A stretch of 64,000 nucleotides of DNA from a bacterium. GTDB taxonomy: Bacteria; Patescibacteriota; Dojkabacteria; JAKAPS01; JAJZLI01. The DNA lies in assembly GCA_027459825.1 (NCBI GenBank), contig DAIDGT010000003.1:1277-65276 (forward strand), in the 5' to 3' direction. This document shows positions 60,379 to 64,000 of the stretch, one piece after another. The notes under the pieces are model-generated. The model was not told where the DNA came from. It searched no databases and saw only the letters and a program-made list of their open reading frames with translations. The first letter of the stretch is position 1. Every line of letters begins with the position of its first letter. The position numbers and the translations under genes are program-made.

Positions 60379-63300
60379 ATGTTATTTATTCGCAGATACT
60401 TTATATATATCATGTTATTTGTTTCTCTGAGTGGAGGTATACTTTTTATACATAAAATTCTAGGATCTAATAATACTAATTTGTATTCTAAGGTATCAAG
60501 CAGTGATATAAATCTTAAGGGAGCTAATGGGACAAATACATACAATGGGATAGTGACAGTAAATGGTACGTTAAAGACGAATAATACTAATACCAACATC
60601 ATACAGTTTACCCCGATTAATGCGCCGACAAATCCAAAAGTAGGGGAGGAGTATTTTGATAAGAGCAATGATACATTGTATATATACAGAGGAGGAACGA
60701 TAGGATGGTCATCTCAGATAGGTACTAATGGAACAAATGGTAAGACTGGAGCTACAGGGGCACAAGGTACACAAGGGATACAAGGGGTACAAGGGGTAAC
60801 AGGAGCTCAAGGTGTACAAGGATTGCAAGGTGCGCAAGGTGCAACAGGTCCACAGGGACCTCAAGGTCCATCAGGAGCGTCTTTGTCTGGTAATTTTGTA
60901 GAATTATCACCTTCTTCATCACAGACAGGTAATATATCAATAACAGGAAATGTGACAGCGTCTGGAGTTAGTAATATAGGTGGGTCTATAAATTTAGGAT
61001 CAGATGTGAATCTTGCAGACAGTAGTGAGTCAGTAAACATAGTAGGAGCAACAACAAATTTAATAAATAATCCATCATTTGAAAAAGATGGTAATGGAGC
61101 AACAACAGTAACAGGATATACTAAGGTGGGTACACCTACGACATACATAACAGATAATACAAAAGCATTGTATGGGACATATTCCATGGATATTGTTACA
61201 AATAATTCTAATCAAGGAATAGAGCAGACGGTAACAGGATTATCATATAATACAAAATACAGTGCCTCAGCATATGTGTACATAGTATCAGGAGGAGCGT
61301 ATCTTACAAGTGTCACAACAAACATAAAAAGCAGTACAGATACAACAGTAGGTTCATGGGAGAGAGTAACCCTATCATTTACGACAGGTTCATCCCAGAC
61401 ACAAGAGACACTCGAGATAATAGGATCAACTGGAAGTGATAGTTTCTATACAGATGGGTGGCAACTAGAGGTTGGTGCAGTTGCAACTCCATATACAGAT
61501 GGATCCTTAGGAGCGGGATATGCGTGGGGAACATCCTCAATGGCAGCAATGGGAACAATAACATTGGCATCCACATCTCCAACAGGAGGAACACTGAATG
61601 GAGGAACATACTATTATGAAGTGACAGCAGTAACCTCCGGAGGAGAAAGTACACCGTCTAATGAGATAACAGTGACAACTCCGACACTATCATCTCCAAG
61701 TGGAGTAAGCGCAGTAGCATCATCTACAGGAGGAAATATTGGATCTGGGGTTACTAATTATTACCAGGTAAGCGCATATGATGGTAATGGGGAGACAACA
61801 GTGTCCTCTGAGGTAAGTGCCACTACAGGATCAGGAAGTACGAATAGTGTAACGATATCTTGGAATGCAGTATCAGGAGCGACAGGATATTATGTATACA
61901 AGGGTACTACATCGGGAGGAGAGAATGAGAGGATATCTACTACATCTACTTCGTATACTGATGTAGGGGTTCTTACTGGTGTTCAGACATGGAGTACTAC
62001 AACAGCACTTCCTCAATCTACAGCTTATTACGGATCTTATGCATATGCAACTTCGGTTGAATACAACGGATATGTATATGAAATTGGTGGAGATAATGGA
62101 TCCTCATCTTTGTCGACAGTCTACTATGCACTAATTAATAGTAATGGGACGGTTGGTTCCTGGAACACTACAACTTCTCTACCATCAGGAATATATAATG
62201 CATCATCAGTTGAATATAATGGATATATTTATGAGATTGGTGGGGATAATAGTGGTTGGTTATCAACAGTTTATTATACATTAATTAATAGTAATGGAAC
62301 TGTTGGTTCCTGGAGTACTACAACTTCATTACCTCAATCGATAGCATATGCAACCAGTGTAGAATATAATGGGTACATTTATGAGATTGGTGGATATAAT
62401 GGTAGTCCTTTATCAACAGTATACTATGCTCCCATAAATAGTAATGGAACTGTTGGTTCCTGGAGTACCACAACTTCTTTACCTATAGGAGATGAAGGTG
62501 CAGGAATAGCTGAGTATGGTGGATATATCTATGTAATAGGTGGTGATACAGGGTCATGGTCAGTAACAGTCTATTATACATTAATTAATAGTAATGGGAC
62601 TGTTGGCACTTGGAATACTACAACTAATTTGCCTCAAAATAGAACCTTTGCATCTTCTTTATCATATAATGGATATGTTTATGTCATTGGAGGATTTTCT
62701 AGTGGTAATTCTGTAACAACAGTGTACTATGCACAACTAGGAGGTAATCCATTCTCATCATCAACAGAACCTTCAAACAATAGCGCAACAACTAATACAA
62801 ATACAGCAACTCTCTCATGGAATACATACTCTGGTGCTACTTCATATAAGGTATATCGTGGTACATACTCAGGTGGGGAGAATACTTACTATTCAACAAA
62901 CTCTACCTCTTTTACTGACACAGGTTCTACAGGTACATCAGGTACTCCCCCTACATCAGCAATTATTACAACTAACCCTAATGGAGCAAACTCCACAAGA
63001 TCTGCGGGAGTTGAATTTGGAAATAGTAATAGCACTTCAATTGGTCTTACCATTGCCGCATCTGGAGCAATCACTTCTTCATCCTCTGCCACCTTTACTG
63101 GTAATATTACAGCCGCAAACGGAACATTTTCTGGTCCTCTCATTGGTGGTAGTGGAAACAGTACTAATACTGCCTCTTCAATATGTGTAGTATCATGTGC
63201 CTTTGGTTTATCATCAGATAATAATAATTTGTATCTTATGAATAATACCTCAGGTAATTTCATAATAAGGTCAGAACAAGGTACTAGTACATGGAAGGAT

Positions 63301-64000
63301 ATTGCATCTGTAGATGATAATGGTAATGCAATATTTGCAGGAACTGTAACAGCATCAGGAACACCAGCAGATGTTGCTGAAGATATACCAGACAATAGTG
63401 GTATTGTAGCTGGCAATATCGTGTCAGAATCAAATCCTAATACATCGTTAAACAGCGTAGACAACTTTACTACAGTACTAACAGATACCCCTTATGATAC
63501 AAATATGCTAGGAGTGATCTCTTCAAATCCTGGAATAATATTGCATCAAGAGTCTAATATGATACCACTTGCACTTGCAGGAAGAGTACTTGTCAATGTA
63601 ACAAATGTCAATGGTCAAATTAATACAGGGGATATGATAACCGGGTCTAGTATAGCAGGATACGGAGAGTTAGCAACAGAACCAGGAGAAGTTGTAGGAG
63701 TTGCTCTCAATTCTCTAACTAGCAGTACACCAGGAGTATCTACATTTACAGAAAATGGAAATACTTACCTTAAAGGAGAGATACTGATGATGGTAGAAAG
63801 AGAATACTACAATCCTGTAACAGATTTTTCCAATATACTATCAGATGTAGTGCTATCAGATAGTGTATTGAATATATCAAGTAACGTATCAATAGCAGGT
63901 AATCTTTCAGTTGAAGGCATAATATCGACAAATTATGCGGGAAATGTAGAGGTACCAGAAGGAGTCAGTAGTTATACAATAACATTTGCAAAAGCATTAT
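60379..64000 (+). CDS. giant membrane-anchored surface protein, 3' end beyond the window (collagen-like + jelly-roll/CBM-like + FN3-like + 5 Kelch-like repeats + tail-fibre-like region)
   Basis: This ORF is not in the supplied track. I read all 1,207 frame-1 codons from ATG 60379 (preceded by in-frame TAA 60373..60375) to base 64000 and found no stop. The N-terminus is a signal anchor, MLFIRRYFIYIMLFVSLSGGILFI. Domain-like segments are visible in the translation. Confidence 0.85.
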   Translation, partial: MLFIRRYFIYIMLFVSLSGGILFIHKILGSNNTNLYSKVSSSDINLKGANGTNTYNGIVTVNGTLKTNNTNTNIIQFTPINAPTNPKVGEEYFDKSNDTLYIYRGGTIGWSSQIGTNGTNGKTGATGAQGTQGIQGVQGVTGAQGVQGLQGAQGATGPQGPQGPSGASLSGNFVELSPSSSQTGNISITGNVTASGVSNIGGSINLGSDVNLADSSESVNIVGATTNLINNPSFEKDGNGATTVTGYTKVGTPTTYITDNTKALYGTYSMDIVTNNSNQGIEQTVTGLSYNTKYSASAYVYIVSGGAYLTSVTTNIKSSTDTTVGSWERVTLSFTTGSSQTQETLEIIGSTGSDSFYTDGWQLEVGAVATPYTDGSLGAGYAWGTSSMAAMGTITLASTSPTGGTLNGGTYYYEVTAVTSGGESTPSNEITVTTPTLSSPSGVSAVASSTGGNIGSGVTNYYQVSAYDGNGETTVSSEVSATTGSGSTNSVTISWNAVSGATGYYVYKGTTSGGENERISTTSTSYTDVGVLTGVQTWSTTTALPQSTAYYGSYAYATSVEYNGYVYEIGGDNGSSSLSTVYYALINSNGTVGSWNTTTSLPSGIYNASSVEYNGYIYEIGGDNSGWLSTVYYTLINSNGTVGSWSTTTSLPQSIAYATSVEYNGYIYEIGGYNGSPLSTVYYAPINSNGTVGSWSTTTSLPIGDEGAGIAEYGGYIYVIGGDTGSWSVTVYYTLINSNGTVGTWNTTTNLPQNRTFASSLSYNGYVYVIGGFSSGNSVTTVYYAQLGGNPFSSSTEPSNNSATTNTNTATLSWNTYSGATSYKVYRGTYSGGENTYYSTNSTSFTDTGSTGTSGTPPTSAIITTNPNGANSTRSAGVEFGNSNSTSIGLTIAASGAITSSSSATFTGNITAANGTFSGPLIGGSGNSTNTASSICVVSCAFGLSSDNNNLYLMNNTSGNFIIRSEQGTSTWKDIASVDDNGNAIFAGTVTASGTPADVAEDIPDNSGIVAGNIVSESNPNTSLNSVDNFTTVLTDTPYDTNMLGVISSNPGIILHQESNMIPLALAGRVLVNVTNVNGQINTGDMITGSSIAGYGELATEPGEVVGVALNSLTSSTPGVSTFTENGNTYLKGEILMMVEREYYNPVTDFSNILSDVVLSDSVLNISSNVSIAGNLSVEGIISTNYAGNVEVPEGVSSYTITFAKAL
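60721..60882 (+). repeat. collagen-like Gly-X-Y run, 18 triplets
   Basis: GTN GTN GKT GAT GAQ GTQ GIQ GVQ GVT GAQ GVQ GLQ GAQ GAT GPQ GPQ GPS GAS, read directly from frame 1. Confidence 0.9.
61990..62745 (+). repeat. five tandem ~49-aa Kelch-like repeats
   Basis: The unit W(S/N)TTT.LP......(V/A)EYNGY(I/V)YEIGG.......TVYY.LINSNGTVG occurs five times. The DNA string ttaattaatagtaatgg.actgttgg recurs near 62131, 62281 and 62581. Confidence 0.8.

Noticed and set aside
60363-63464. Track ORFs 60363..60668(-), 60752..60940(-), 60861..61187(-), 61379..61654(-), 62834..63190(+) and 62889..63464(-).
   Set aside because: All lie antisense to, or out of frame with, the uninterrupted 1,207-codon frame-1 ORF, which has clear collagen, Kelch and FN3-like signatures. 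Their translations are low-complexity mirror images (L/P/V/H-rich) typical of shadow ORFs.
60379-64000. Possibility that the missing ORF reflects an alternative genetic code (e.g. UGA recoding, as in some CPR lineages).
   Set aside because: The frame contains no stop codon of any kind, so no recoding is needed. TGA clearly terminates other well-supported genes, such as the FtsA-like gene at 4085..4087. The ORF was most likely omitted because its stop lies outside the window.
60379-64000. Diversity-generating retroelement targeting the large surface proteins (common in CPR genomes).
   Set aside because: No reverse-transcriptase ORF and no template/variable repeat pair with A-specific mismatches is visible in this window. 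The internal repeats are tandem protein repeats.

Overview
Low-GC (about 30% by eye), gene-dense bacterial chromosomal segment that uses the standard genetic code; TGA serves as a stop, for example at 4085..4087. I support about 70 genes.

Housekeeping genes: F1 ATP synthase gamma/beta/epsilon, an FtsA-like ATPase, FtsK, a RodZ-like protein, TatD, MetRS, RpoD, an Ogg-type glycosylase, TypA/BipA, Fe/Mn SOD, a NifS-like desulfurase, AlaRS-RuvX-MltG, HolA-like, RNase HI, tRNA-Asn(GTT) and tRNA-Cys(GCA). These are interleaved with many small membrane proteins and several large secreted or surface proteins.

Some housekeeping proteins are shortened (85-aa epsilon, 691-aa AlaRS ending after the editing domain), and several small proteins resemble DUF families. 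Together this suggests a small-genome lineage such as Patescibacteria/CPR. That is inference only; no search was possible.

Most notable observations:
1. The supplied ORF track omits a frame-1 plus-strand reading frame that is open from ATG 60379 to the window end (at least 1,207 codons). It encodes a membrane-anchored, collagen-like / jelly-roll / FN3-like / Kelch-like surface protein.
2. A tightly coupled same-strand cluster directly downstream of rpoD (14037..17225) combines a 7TM protein, an ATP-grasp ligase fused to a retropepsin-like (D-T-G) domain, and a second RimK-type ATP-grasp. A compositionally atypical orphan ORF follows it.
3. Two tandem pairs of paralogous histidine-kinase genes (43463..45987 and 46964..49457) each have an upstream member that keeps the ATPase boxes but lacks the phospho-acceptor His. 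No response regulator is present in the window.
4. An FtsA-like ATPase is translationally coupled to a 663-aa bitopic protein instead of ftsZ.
5. A 93-codon in-frame remnant of a MacB-type ABC transporter lies at 39267..39548.

No CRISPR array, rRNA, transposase or integrase was recognised.
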